DNA of 64,000 nucleotides from Patescibacteria group bacterium (GTDB taxonomy: Bacteria; Patescibacteriota; Patescibacteriia; UBA11705; JABHMO01): NCBI GenBank assembly GCA_018818405.1, contig JAHIRY010000017.1, positions 7,563 to 71,562 on the forward strand. Direction: 5' to 3'. The position numbers and the translations under genes are program-made. This document shows, in pieces, positions 28,472 to 38,507 of the stretch. How positions within the stretch are numbered: the stretch's first letter is position 1; each line of letters begins with the position of its first letter. A model generated the notes under the pieces. It worked only from the letters and a program-made list of their open reading frames with translations, had not been told where the DNA came from and ran no database searches.

Positions 28472-30373
28472 TTATAACAGATTTGCCGGTTCTCTGTCAA
28501 TGCTCCAATGTTGAGGCAAATCAACAAAAATTTCCTTTTCACGCTCTTCCGGCAAATCAGGCAAGAAAATGGCTATTTGATAGCGATATCTTTTTCTGAT
28601 TTTCTTCAGGTAATACAAATACGGTTCAATAATCATTCCTTTTTCCGCTTTTACTTTCGGTTCCAGCAACTGAAAAATCCGTTCCGCTTCTTTTTCGCAA
28701 ACAGACAAATCATGATGCTGGAAAAATATTTTTATCAAATTTCTGAATGGAGGATAATTGAAATCTTTTCTCAGTTCGATCGCGTCCTTGTAAAATTTAG
28801 GAAAACCGTCATTCAAATATTTAAAAGCCGGATTTTCCGTAAAACATGTTTGCACAATCGCTCGAAGCGATCGACCGCAACGGGCGCGCGAAATCAATTC
28901 TGAAATCCAGCTGAATAATTTCCAGCTCGAATTGAAATCAGCCAAGTACGCGAGACTGTCAACATAAACGAGTCCGAGCAACTTTATATTTTTAAGAACA
29001 TCGTTTCTAATGTTCGCGCCGGTGGAAAGAATGATTTGCGCTTCAATCGAAGCATTTCCGTTTTCATCAATTTCAGCGATCGCGCAAGAAAATTTTTCTC
29101 GCAAAATTTTTTTGATCTGATTCAATCCGATTCCCAGAGCTTTCATGTTCGTTCCTCCGCAAGACGGACAGCGCAAATGAATCGGTTCGCTGTGTTTGCA
29201 ATGACGGCAGACCAGCTCTGATTCATTTTCAACGATCAACGGCAGGGAACAATGCGGACATTTCAATTCAAAGGCGCAATCTTTGCAAAAAAAGTAGCTG
29301 AACATTCCTTTTTTGTTTACAATGAGCAATGCTTTTTCTTTTTTCCGCATTGTTTCCTCAATCGCGCCGAGCAAACGATCGCTCAGATAGGTGAATTCAT
29401 TTCTTCTTTCTTCTTTCAAATCAATTATTTCCGCGAAATCATTTTTCAACGCGCCAAGGGAAATGGATTGATATTTTTCTTGCGCCGCTATATATGCGTC
29501 TTCGATTCTGGGAGTAAGACTGCTTAAAATTAATTTACTTCCCGTCAATTCGCTGATTTTCCTTGCCGCGGTTGTCGTCCGATATCGCGGAGTCTGATCC
29601 CATTGTTTGTAATCTTCGCTGTGCGCGTCATCCACAATAATGAATTCAGGCGAATGAAGCGGAGCAAATACAGCGGATCTGGTGCCGAGAATGATTTGCT
29701 TTTCATTATTCTTAATTTTATTCCACATTTCCAAATACAAATTTTTCGAAGTATAAAATTCATTATTCAAAATAACTGTTTGCTTTTTCAATTTCTCATT
29801 CAACATCAAATTAAATTCTTCCAGCTTGAATTTTTGCGGAAATAAAATTAAAATTTGTTTTTTACTTTCCATCGCCCGTTCGCAAAGAGCGAGAAAAAAA
29901 GAAAACTTCAAATTTAAATCATGCGGAAAAAGCAAATAATTTTTATTTTTCGAATCAAAAACTTGTTCAGCCAGCTTCCTTGAATTTTTCCCGATTGTAA
30001 TATTGGTAAATTTCAAATAACTTGTTTTTTCCGTAGCAGAACTTTTTCGCTTCGGTATTTCCGGCAAAATCAATTTCAGGGTTGAAGCCGGAGAATAATA
30101 ATAAAAAGAAGAAAACCATTTTATAAATTCCATTTGAAAGGGGAGCAAGCACCCGATTTTCTTGTCAATTCCAGCAATCTCCTTGGTTGATTCAAATGAA
30201 GTTTTCTCATCAATAAAAGCGACCGCGCCTTTTATCAAACGCGTTTTCATGGGAATATCGACAATCGTGCCGATTGAAATCGCTGATTGCAAATCTGCGG
30301 GAATATAATAATCGAAATATTCGATATTCCGCGGCAATTTCATAAATGGATAAACATGCGCGACTTTTGGCAT
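28472..30373 (-). CDS. priA: Primosomal protein N' (replication restart helicase PriA)
   Basis: DEAH-like IIVDDAHSEDYKQ, Cys4 zinc-binding insert (CKDCAFELKCPHCSLPL...CRHCKHSE...CPSCGG). Track ORF extends to 30571; the internal Met MPKVAHVYPF is preferred. Confidence 0.8.
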   Translation of the reverse strand: MPKVAHVYPFMKLPRNIEYFDYYIPADLQSAISIGTIVDIPMKTRLIKGAVAFIDEKTSFESTKEIAGIDKKIGCLLPFQMEFIKWFSSFYYYSPASTLKLILPEIPKRKSSATEKTSYLKFTNITIGKNSRKLAEQVFDSKNKNYLLFPHDLNLKFSFFLALCERAMESKKQILILFPQKFKLEEFNLMLNEKLKKQTVILNNEFYTSKNLYLEMWNKIKNNEKQIILGTRSAVFAPLHSPEFIIVDDAHSEDYKQWDQTPRYRTTTAARKISELTGSKLILSSLTPRIEDAYIAAQEKYQSISLGALKNDFAEIIDLKEERRNEFTYLSDRLLGAIEETMRKKEKALLIVNKKGMFSYFFCKDCAFELKCPHCSLPLIVENESELVCRHCKHSEPIHLRCPSCGGTNMKALGIGLNQIKKILREKFSCAIAEIDENGNASIEAQIILSTGANIRNDVLKNIKLLGLVYVDSLAYLADFNSSWKLFSWISELISRARCGRSLRAIVQTCFTENPAFKYLNDGFPKFYKDAIELRKDFNYPPFRNLIKIFFQHHDLSVCEKEAERIFQLLEPKVKAEKGMIIEPYLYYLKKIRKRYRYQIAIFLPDLPEEREKEIFVDLPQHWSIDREPANLL

Positions 30374-30518
30374 AAATTTTCTTATTCGAAAATAATCGTT
30401 TCCATCGGTAATGAAAATCATCATAAGGAACAAATATTTTTGTTCCCTGCGATACGATTTCATTTTTATAATATCGACAATCCGACAAAAAAACCGCCAA
30501 ATGGCGGCGGTTTTCATT

Positions 30519-31307
30519 TTATTTGAATTTCGCCTCTGCCACCAGATAACCGACGCCGAACGGCGATTCATAACTCAGCACTTCAAATTCATAATTCATT
30601 TTCTTTATCGCGCCGAGCAAGATTAAAATCGAACGCAATCCGCATTCTGCCGCGTCATCGACAAGATCGGATTCCATATTCATGATTCCATCAACATTTT
30701 TCTTTTTCAAAAATTGAATTATTTTTTTATCGAATTCTTTTGCTTTGGGCGAAAATCCGGCGGGCGCGTTCATTGACAATCGGTGAGAAAGATCGCCGCT
30801 CGCGATAATCGCGCATCGTTTATCCAATGAAAACACCGCTTCTTTTATGGCCTCTCCGAATTCAATATGCTTCTGATTACTTTGATACGAATAATTTATC
30901 GGAACAATTCTCCGACTCGCGTTTTTTCTTGTTAAATAATACAGAGGAATAGAAGCTCCATGATCCAAATTTTCATCGGAAATCAATTGAACCGGCAATT
31001 TTGTTTCGGTTTTGCTTTTCAATTCATTGATAAATTGCAAATCAGCTTTAAATTTCATCTCAGTGCTGAAATCTCCAAATTTTTCAAAGCGCGCAATGTA
31101 ATTCTGATGAGTGTTGATCGTAAATGAATCAAAACTTATTTCTCCATGTGGAGAAATTACAATAATCGTATCAGGCGCCGCCTGATTCAGATCTTCTTCC
31201 AATATATTGAATGCGTTGATTGTTTTGTCCAACTTTGCCATGTTTTCCTTTCCGATTGACGGAATGAGCAATGGCGGATGGGGGACAATGGCGCAAAATA
31301 CCAGCAT
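30519..31307 (-). CDS. LigB-family (class III extradiol dioxygenase subunit B / Memo-like fold) protein
   Basis: N-terminal AIVPHPPLLIP...IIVISPHGE and later HGASIP, DLSHRL: metal-binding His pattern of the LigB/DODA-type family. Confidence 0.5.
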   Translation of the reverse strand: MLVFCAIVPHPPLLIPSIGKENMAKLDKTINAFNILEEDLNQAAPDTIIVISPHGEISFDSFTINTHQNYIARFEKFGDFSTEMKFKADLQFINELKSKTETKLPVQLISDENLDHGASIPLYYLTRKNASRRIVPINYSYQSNQKHIEFGEAIKEAVFSLDKRCAIIASGDLSHRLSMNAPAGFSPKAKEFDKKIIQFLKKKNVDGIMNMESDLVDDAAECGLRSILILLGAIKKMNYEFEVLSYESPFGVGYLVAEAKFK

Positions 31308-31352
31308 ATCAATCCAATTATTTTAATTCATTAACCTCAGATCATCTTGCGC

Positions 31353-32735
31353 TTAATTTTTCAAAAAGTCCAGATCGACCGTATCTCCGAGCGGAATATT
31401 GGTCAATGACTTTGGATCAACCACGCGAATATTTTTCCATTTATATCCCAATTTTTCAAAAACTTCTCCGGAATAAATCGGCCGTTTCGTTTCATTTGAG
31501 ATTACATACACTGTCGCCGCGTCAGTCGGCTTTACCAATTCTCCTTCTTTTATTCTCACGCTCCCGAGCCGCTGATATTTTTCCAATTCTTCCGGAGTCA
31601 CTCGCGTAATCGGATATTTGGGGAAATTAATTTTCAAAATATCTTTGGTAATAATCGGATATTTGTAGCCGTCTTGCACTAAAAATACGCCGCCGGTTAT
31701 TTTGTCCTGAAGCAGAGCGCCTTCCGGATATGAAGTGTCCAGCTTTATCTCTTCTCCGACTTCAAAATTTCCCACTTCAGCCTCTGTAATATCTTCAAAT
31801 TCTTCAGGATTGAATCCCAGCGTTCTGAGCACTTCCTGCGATTCGAATTTTCTCAATTTGTCATCAACTACCAGATACACATTTCCCGACGGTGATTCGA
31901 GAATTGAATAATTTGAAAATTTTATTGATTTTCCGATTTCATATTTTTCCAATTCATTTTTTCCGACAACAATCAATTTTGTAATGTCATATCGGGATGT
32001 GAGCGCGCCCTTGGTTGTGAACGGCCGTCGCTGTCCGCCTTTAATCAGCCAAATTCCTTGTTCGCCTTCAGCCTGCAACAAAGTTCCGTCAGGATAAATC
32101 TGATTGAACCAGCTGTTCCATATTTTCCAAAAATTATAATTGCCGTGAATGTGCGGAGTGAAATTGTACAAATTCGCGGTCGCTTGATTTTTGATTGTCA
32201 CATCATGTCCGTCAATCACATAATTTTTTCCCGGAGTTTTCAGCCATCCGTTGTTCGTATTTTCAATATACCAGCGATTCGCGCCGGCAGTGCTGTCAAC
32301 CTGCGTGCCGAACCCTTTGAACAATAGTATTGCCGGATCATTGACCGAGCAATCATCGCAAACGCCATAACCCATGGCCCAATCGTATTGCGACTGTTTT
32401 GGCGCGGAATCTTCGACAAGGCTTTGTTCTTTTTGCAGCATTGTCAATAAAAATTTCGGACTGATTTTATTTTCCTGTCCCGCTTCCCAGATGATTTCAG
32501 CCGCTGTTTTTACAATGCCGTCCTTGTCCGGCGCGGTAAAAGTCGCCAATGTGCCGGTTCTTCTATCCAAAAATGTCTGAACATCAGTACAGCTCATTGA
32601 TGAATAATCGGTCATATCCAAATCGGAAATAATATACCCATTGTCAAATTCCATGGCAAAAGCGCCAATGCTCGGAATTATTCCAAACATCAGCGAAAAC
32701 GCTAAAATAAAAGAGATTTTTTTGAACTTTTTCAT
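31353..32735 (-). CDS. Secreted hypothetical protein
   Basis: Signal peptide MKKFKKISFILAFSLMFGIIPSIGAFA. 460 aa. No confident domain. Confidence 0.4.
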   Translation of the reverse strand: MKKFKKISFILAFSLMFGIIPSIGAFAMEFDNGYIISDLDMTDYSSMSCTDVQTFLDRRTGTLATFTAPDKDGIVKTAAEIIWEAGQENKISPKFLLTMLQKEQSLVEDSAPKQSQYDWAMGYGVCDDCSVNDPAILLFKGFGTQVDSTAGANRWYIENTNNGWLKTPGKNYVIDGHDVTIKNQATANLYNFTPHIHGNYNFWKIWNSWFNQIYPDGTLLQAEGEQGIWLIKGGQRRPFTTKGALTSRYDITKLIVVGKNELEKYEIGKSIKFSNYSILESPSGNVYLVVDDKLRKFESQEVLRTLGFNPEEFEDITEAEVGNFEVGEEIKLDTSYPEGALLQDKITGGVFLVQDGYKYPIITKDILKINFPKYPITRVTPEELEKYQRLGSVRIKEGELVKPTDAATVYVISNETKRPIYSGEVFEKLGYKWKNIRVVDPKSLTNIPLGDTVDLDFLKN

Positions 32736-32865
32736 ATGTAATTATTATAGCAAAAAGGGGATTGGCGGGCAAGCATTTTCATTCTCTCGAACTCCGAGAG
32801 ATTAGCTTGCAGCTGATTCCCGACGCTGGCGGGATGAATAGCTTCTTAGCTATTTGATATTTTGT

Positions 32866-32900
32866 TACATATAAAAAAACGGCCGTATTTTACGACCGCG
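32866..32900 (-). terminator. Probable intrinsic terminator for gene 32918..33478
   Basis: Minus strand: GGTCGTAaaaTACGGCC followed by TTTTTTT. Confidence 0.45.
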
Positions 32901-32917
32901 CTTTCCGCTTGACTTGA

Positions 32918-33478
32918 TTACAGGTTTGCGGCTTCCGCTTTGCGAAAAAATTCTTCCGCATCTGCCAACGCACTGCAATACGTTCCCATCATTGCCTTCA
33001 CCTCATCTTCGCGATTCTTCTTTCCCGTCAAATATGCGATATCATGGCAGAGTCTGGCCGCGGTTTCAATGCATCTGTCACTTTCCAAAAGCATTCGCCG
33101 GCTGTCGTCGGCAGTTGACGCTCTGGCAACCAAATTGTTGTATTTGTCCACCAGATTGCGAAGATTCCAATCCAGATGAAATTTTTCATCGGTTTTTCGT
33201 TTTTTCAGTCCGATTGTTTCATAGATGAACAAAATGCCAAGAATGAAGGACATGGCAATGATTTCTCCATAAAAAAATTGAATGTCCATATTTCCAGAAA
33301 TGACCAAATGGTATGAAACGAATATCAGCAAAACATAAAGCGCATTGATGACCATCATGTTGATAAAAAAATTCCGCCTCTGCCGGCTCACACCATCTTC
33401 GTTTGTTTTTGTGACCTTTTGAAAATATTCCTTTTTGCGCAAAAACGGATATTCCAGATGCGTATGCGGTGTTTTCAT
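32918..33478 (-). CDS. Hypothetical membrane protein
   Basis: Two central TM helices (MMVINALYVLLIFVSYHLVISG, IIAMSFILGILFIYETIGL). No domain recognised. Confidence 0.4.
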   Translation of the reverse strand: MKTPHTHLEYPFLRKKEYFQKVTKTNEDGVSRQRRNFFINMMVINALYVLLIFVSYHLVISGNMDIQFFYGEIIAMSFILGILFIYETIGLKKRKTDEKFHLDWNLRNLVDKYNNLVARASTADDSRRMLLESDRCIETAARLCHDIAYLTGKKNREDEVKAMMGTYCSALADAEEFFRKAEAANL

Positions 33479-33550
33479 GGCGACCTCCTCGCTTGGGTTG
33501 AAAGATCAATTAACAAAATATATCAGATGCACTTTGTTTTGTCAAGCGTT

Positions 33551-33580
33551 AAAAAATCCGGCGGCTAGCCGGATTTTTTG
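33551..33580. terminator. Bidirectional intrinsic terminator downstream of clpB
   Basis: AAAAAATCCGGCggctaGCCGGATTTTTT. Confidence 0.65.
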
Positions 33581-33583
33581 CGA

Positions 33584-36205
33584 TTAATTCTGTTGAAATA
33601 TTACTTTGCCATTATAATCCACCAAAACTTTGTCTTTTATTTTTCCCTGAACAATGCGCATTGCCAATTCATCGAGAATTTTATTTTGAATTACACGCTT
33701 TAGCGGGCGAGCGCCGAACTGCGGATCATATCCTTCGTTTGCCAGCATTTCTCTCGTCTCTTTTGAAAATTCAATTTCAATATCTTTTTTCGCCGCACGC
33801 TCCGCCACTTTTTCCAATTGCAAATCAACGATTTTTCTGATTTCGTTTTTGCCGAGAGCTTCGAAAATTATCACTTCATCGATTCGATTCAAAAATTCGG
33901 GACGGAAATTGTCCTTTAATATTTTCAAAATTTTATCATCATTTTTTTCTTTGATGGAAATTTCATCCGAACCAAAACCAATGTCGCTCTTGTTCAGCGA
34001 ATTGAGAATCACATCGCTTCCTATATTTGATGTCATTATAATTATTGTGTTTTTGAAATTAACGGTTCTGCCTTTCGCGTCAGTCAATCGTCCGTCATCG
34101 AGCAGTTGCAATAAAACATTGAAAACTTCCGGATGCGCTTTTTCAATTTCATCAAACAAAACAACAGAATACGGACGCCGGCGAATCTGCTCGGTCAGCT
34201 GTCCTCCATCGTCAAATCCGACATAACCCGGAGGAGAGCCGATCAGTTTTGAAACCGAATGTTTTTCCATGAATTCCGACATGTCAACCCGGACAATCGA
34301 TTCTTCATTGTTGAACATGAATTCAGCCAGCGCTTTTGCCAATTCGGTTTTTCCCACTCCGGTAGGACCGAGAAAAATGAAAGATCCGATCGGACGATTT
34401 TCTTCGGAAAGTCCGGCGCGCGATCGCCGCAAAGCATTGGCAACCGCTGTGATTGATTTTTTTTGTCCGATGACGCGAAGCGCCAATTCTTTTTCAATAA
34501 ACGCCAATTTTTCCATTTCGCTTTGCAGCATTTTCGATACCGGAATTCCGGTCCAGCGCGCCACCACGTTTGCAATGTCCTCGGCAGTCACTTCTTCCTT
34601 TAAAATCTGCCGTCCGCCCGGACCGCTCTGAACTGTTTTTAATTTTTCCTGAAACTCTTTTATTATTTTTTCATTTTCCGGAATTCGGCCGAAACGGATT
34701 TCCGCCACGCGGTCATATTCTGATTTTCTTTCCAGAATATCAGCTTCTTGTTTCAATCGGTCAATTTCTTTTTTCGCGTCATGAATTTTCCCGATGATTT
34801 CTTTTTCTTTGCGCCAATGTATTTCCAAACGGTTTGACTGCTCCTTCAATTCTTCCAATTCTTTTTCAATTTCACGAATCTTGTGTTCGGTTGTTTCCGT
34901 TTTTTCTCTGGCAATGGCTTGCTTTTCAATTTCCAGCTTCATGATTTTTCTTTTGAATTGATCAAGCTCGGTCGGCAAACTGTTCAATTCGATTCGAAGA
35001 GCGGAAGTAGCTTCGTCAACAAGATCAATCGCTTTGTCCGGCAAAAATCTCTCGGTAATATATCGTTCGGAAAGATTGGCCGCTTCCACAATCGCTTCAT
35101 CGGTAATGCGCACGCCGTGGTGAACTTCATATTTTTCCTTGATCCCGCGCAAAATCGCGATTGTGTCATCTAGATTCGGTTCGGGAACCAATACCGGCTG
35201 AAATCGTCTTTCCAGTGCCGCGTCTTTTTCAATATATTTTTGATATTCTTTCAATGTTGTCGCGCCAATGCAATGCAAATCTCCGCGCGCCAACGCAGGC
35301 TTCAGCATATTCGAAGCATCGAGCGAACCTTCAATCGCGCCGGCTCCGACAATCGTATGCAATTCATCGATGAAAATAATATATTTTTCTTTGCTTTTTT
35401 GAATTTCCTGCAAAACAGCTCGCATTCTTTCTTCAAATTCTCCGCGAAATTTCGAACCGGCAAGAAGGGAACTGATGTCCAAACTTAAAACTTCTTTGTT
35501 TTTCAAATTGTCAGGCACATCGCCGGCGACAATTCTCTGAGCCAATCCCTCGGCAATCGCGGTTTTTCCCACTCCCGGCTCGCCGATCAGCACCGGATTA
35601 TTTTTTGTTCTGCGCGAGAGAACTTGCAAAACTCTTCTGATCTCATCATCTCTTCCGATAATCGGATCGAATTTTTCTTCCCGCGCTTTTTGAGTCAAAT
35701 TGATAGTGTATTTTTCCAAAACCTGATATTTATTTTCCGGATCAGGCGAATCAACTTTTTGCGTTCCGCGAACTTCAGCCAAAATTTTCAGAACAGAATC
35801 ATAATCAACCTGAAAATGTTCCAAAATAATATTCGCTTCAGAATCGACTTTCAACAAAGATAAAAACAAATGTTCAGTGCTGATAAATTCATCGCCCAAT
35901 TTTTTTGATTCTTTTTCCGCAGTGATCAAAACATAATTCATCTGCGCGGTAATCAATGCTTGCGCGCTGAGATTTCGGTTTTCGCTTTTTGGCAGAGAAC
36001 GCAAAACTTTTTCCACTTCGGAAATAATCGTTTCAATCGGGACTTCCAATTTCTTTAAAATCGAAAGCACCACGCTCTGATCCTGATGCATGAGCGCATG
36101 AAGCAAATGCAGGGGATCGAGCTCCAAATTTTTGTATTCAAAAGCCAAAACCTGAGCTTCTTGCAAAGCTTGCTGGCTATTCGTGGTAAATTTATTGATA
36201 TCCAT
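33584..36205 (-). CDS. clpB: ATP-dependent chaperone ClpB (two AAA+ modules with coiled-coil M domain)
   Basis: N-domain [21 protein letters not shown]. Walker [16 protein letters not shown] and [15 protein letters not shown]. Long coiled coil between the NBDs. 873 aa. Confidence 0.9.
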   Translation of the reverse strand: MDINKFTTNSQQALQEAQVLAFEYKNLELDPLHLLHALMHQDQSVVLSILKKLEVPIETIISEVEKVLRSLPKSENRNLSAQALITAQMNYVLITAEKESKKLGDEFISTEHLFLSLLKVDSEANIILEHFQVDYDSVLKILAEVRGTQKVDSPDPENKYQVLEKYTINLTQKAREEKFDPIIGRDDEIRRVLQVLSRRTKNNPVLIGEPGVGKTAIAEGLAQRIVAGDVPDNLKNKEVLSLDISSLLAGSKFRGEFEERMRAVLQEIQKSKEKYIIFIDELHTIVGAGAIEGSLDASNMLKPALARGDLHCIGATTLKEYQKYIEKDAALERRFQPVLVPEPNLDDTIAILRGIKEKYEVHHGVRITDEAIVEAANLSERYITERFLPDKAIDLVDEATSALRIELNSLPTELDQFKRKIMKLEIEKQAIAREKTETTEHKIREIEKELEELKEQSNRLEIHWRKEKEIIGKIHDAKKEIDRLKQEADILERKSEYDRVAEIRFGRIPENEKIIKEFQEKLKTVQSGPGGRQILKEEVTAEDIANVVARWTGIPVSKMLQSEMEKLAFIEKELALRVIGQKKSITAVANALRRSRAGLSEENRPIGSFIFLGPTGVGKTELAKALAEFMFNNEESIVRVDMSEFMEKHSVSKLIGSPPGYVGFDDGGQLTEQIRRRPYSVVLFDEIEKAHPEVFNVLLQLLDDGRLTDAKGRTVNFKNTIIIMTSNIGSDVILNSLNKSDIGFGSDEISIKEKNDDKILKILKDNFRPEFLNRIDEVIIFEALGKNEIRKIVDLQLEKVAERAAKKDIEIEFSKETREMLANEGYDPQFGARPLKRVIQNKILDELAMRIVQGKIKDKVLVDYNGKVIFQQN

Positions 36206-36329
36206 AGATTTATCGGATTAATACTTAGCACTCCCAGTACTTGATTGCTAAATATATTATATGAAAATCAGCATAATTGTCAACTTTCTTTTTTAGCGGT
36301 AATTTGGTAGAATTATATTGATGCGAATT

Positions 36330-36490
36330 CACGAATTATTAGTTTGATGTCACGAATTTACAAATATTACGAATGTTACGAATTATTAGTTGGGTTGATA
36401 CCACCGCAGCGTGCGGGATCCCGTCTCACAGCGGTGATTTAGTATTTAGAATTTTAATTGTGCTACATGTTATATGTTACATGTTACATG
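36330..36490. repeat. Intergenic repeat family, copy A (ACGAATTATTAGTT x2, GGTTGATACCACCGCAGCGTGCGGG stem-loop, TGTGCTACATGTTATATGTTACATG iterons)
   Basis: Shares 25-nt and ~30-nt blocks with 57819..57950 and 58541..58750. Imperfect inverted repeat CACCGCagcgtgCGGGatcCCGtctcacaGCGGTG. Confidence 0.7.
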
Positions 36491-37690
36491 AAAAAAACTA
36501 TGAAACCTCAAGAATTCAAAAACAAAATGACAATACTCGGCGTCAAAATAGACGACCAGCCGATTGAATGGATTATGAATCGCATTGATCATTTTTTGAA
36601 TTCCGAAAACAATCACAAAATATTCACTCCTAATCCGGAAATCTGTCTGCGCGCGGGCAATGATGAACATTACAGAAAATTATTGAACACAGCCGACATC
36701 AACACTCCGGACGGAATCGGATTGAAGCTGGGCGCCAAAATTTTGCGGCAGGAATTGAAAAATCGAGTCACCGGCGCTGATCTGACAAAAGCCATTCTCG
36801 AAAAATACAAATCGCAAAACATTTCCGTTTTCATTGTAATAAAAAGCAATTCGCTCTCAACCGAATCTGACATAAAAAAATTATTCAAAGAAAATTATCC
36901 GCAAATAAAAGTAAAAGTCGGGGTTGTTGACAAAGACGACTGCTTGAATTGCGATAAAGTTCTAAATGATATCAATGATTTCAATCCGCAAATTCTTTTC
37001 ATCGCGCTGGGCGCGCCTGACCAAGAAATCTGGATCAACAAATATTCGAACATTCTAACTTCAGTGCGCGCGTCGCTCGGAGTCGGCGGAAGCTTTGATT
37101 TTCTGACCGGAAAAATGAAACGCGCGCCGGAAATAATTCGAAAGCTCGGAGCTGAGTGGCTCTATAGATTGTATCGGGAACCGAAACGGCTCATGAGAAT
37201 AAAACACGCGACAGCTGATTTTCTAATTCTCTGTCATCAGTGGGAAAAACGAATGGACAATGAATTTCGAATAAATGTTCTCGGCATCATCAAAAATAAA
37301 GAAGGAAAATATTTGATTCAAAAAAACGCGCGATTAAAAGAACATTGGCAATTTCCACAAGGCGGCGTGGATGAAGGCGAAAGGCCGGAAATGGCCGTTG
37401 TTCGTGAAACGGCCGAAGAATTGGGAGCTGAGGAGAGATTATTTAAAGTAATTAAAAAAATTCCCGACGGACATGAATATGTTTGGCCTCGATATGCTCA
37501 GCTTCTCCGCGGATACAAAGGACAAACGCAAACCGCTTTTGTTCTGGAATTCAATGGAAACGATTCTGACTTTCATCCGGAGAAAAGCGATGAAGTGGTG
37601 GCAATCAAATGGGTGGGAAAAACCGAAATTCTAAAAAATTTGCATCCGGTCAGACGGGAATTCGCGAAAAAATTGATTAGATATCTTTAA
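36488..37690 (+). CDS. Fusion protein: WecB/TagA/CpsF-family glycosyltransferase (GT26) + C-terminal NUDIX hydrolase
   Basis: N-terminal half ILGVKIDDQPIEWIMNRI...TPDGIGLKLGAKIL (GT26). C-terminal half carries a Nudix box GGVDEGERPEMAVVRETAEELGAEE. Track ORF starts at 36458 inside the repeat; MKKTMKPQEF is the preferred start. Confidence 0.65.
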   Translation: MKKTMKPQEFKNKMTILGVKIDDQPIEWIMNRIDHFLNSENNHKIFTPNPEICLRAGNDEHYRKLLNTADINTPDGIGLKLGAKILRQELKNRVTGADLTKAILEKYKSQNISVFIVIKSNSLSTESDIKKLFKENYPQIKVKVGVVDKDDCLNCDKVLNDINDFNPQILFIALGAPDQEIWINKYSNILTSVRASLGVGGSFDFLTGKMKRAPEIIRKLGAEWLYRLYREPKRLMRIKHATADFLILCHQWEKRMDNEFRINVLGIIKNKEGKYLIQKNARLKEHWQFPQGGVDEGERPEMAVVRETAEELGAEERLFKVIKKIPDGHEYVWPRYAQLLRGYKGQTQTAFVLEFNGNDSDFHPEKSDEVVAIKWVGKTEILKNLHPVRREFAKKLIRYL

Positions 37691-37775
37691 TCGCGAAAAA
37701 TATTTTTAAAAAAATAAATGCGGCCATCAATGCGATGAGCCGCGTTTTTCTTTCCCCGACATTTTTCCTCGAAAT

Positions 37776-38390
37776 TTAATTGAAAGCCAATGAATCCTGC
37801 ACAATCTCGACTCTGCCATGCGTGGTGGCTCGGATCAAGATCGCCGGCGACAAGCGTACCGAAGCGCCGTCTCTCAACAGACATATCAGATGCAACTGTC
37901 CGCTTTTCTCAAAATACTTTTGATAAAGAACAATATGGTTTTCAGAAAGTCTTTTTATTTCCTTCACTTCCTGACGCGGAACTGAGAAACTCAGAATCTG
38001 AATCTGTCCATCGCTCCAAACCATCCCTTTTTCAGGGAGCCATATCGGATAGATTGCGCACATTTGTTTTGCGCCGGTGTGTTTTTCCCGGATAGTGACA
38101 CCGAGAATGCTCCGCAACTCCGCGTAGGGAATCGGAATTTGTTCGGGATCTGAAATCGGAGTTCCTTTCATTGCAAAATTGAAAACTTTCGAAAGTTCCT
38201 CGACAGATGGAACCGCTGTATTTCCTTCCTCAGGATACACGAAGACGAACTGTCGTCTCTTGTCGCGGTCATTCACGCAGAAACATACGCATTGTCCGAC
38301 AAATGCCGTAATGATTTCCTGTTTGAAAAAAATCGGCCAGAAACTTGCTGGAATTGACAAAAAAAGGCCTTCTCTTTCCACTCGTATCAT
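37776..38390 (-). CDS. Hypothetical protein of intermediate GC (about 48%), part of a compositionally atypical island
   Basis: 204 aa. No motif recognised. GC clearly above the genome background. Confidence 0.4.
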   Translation of the reverse strand: MIRVEREGLFLSIPASFWPIFFKQEIITAFVGQCVCFCVNDRDKRRQFVFVYPEEGNTAVPSVEELSKVFNFAMKGTPISDPEQIPIPYAELRSILGVTIREKHTGAKQMCAIYPIWLPEKGMVWSDGQIQILSFSVPRQEVKEIKRLSENHIVLYQKYFEKSGQLHLICLLRDGASVRLSPAILIRATTHGRVEIVQDSLAFN

Positions 38391-38507
38391 TCGGAACCTC
38401 CTTTCCCCCTATAATCTATTTTATCACAGTTGAATGAACAAATGAATTTATCAAAGCTTAACAATTATCAAATAAGTTGTCAATAACTGATAACAGATGA
38501 ATAATCC

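Noticed and set aside
36373-36567. Track ORFs 36373..36567 (+) and 58623..58901 (+) sharing the peptide RILIVLHVICY
   Set aside because: Both are read-throughs of the intergenic repeat (GTGCTACATGTTATATGTTA...). The similarity reflects repeated DNA, not a protein family, and they overlap better-supported genes.
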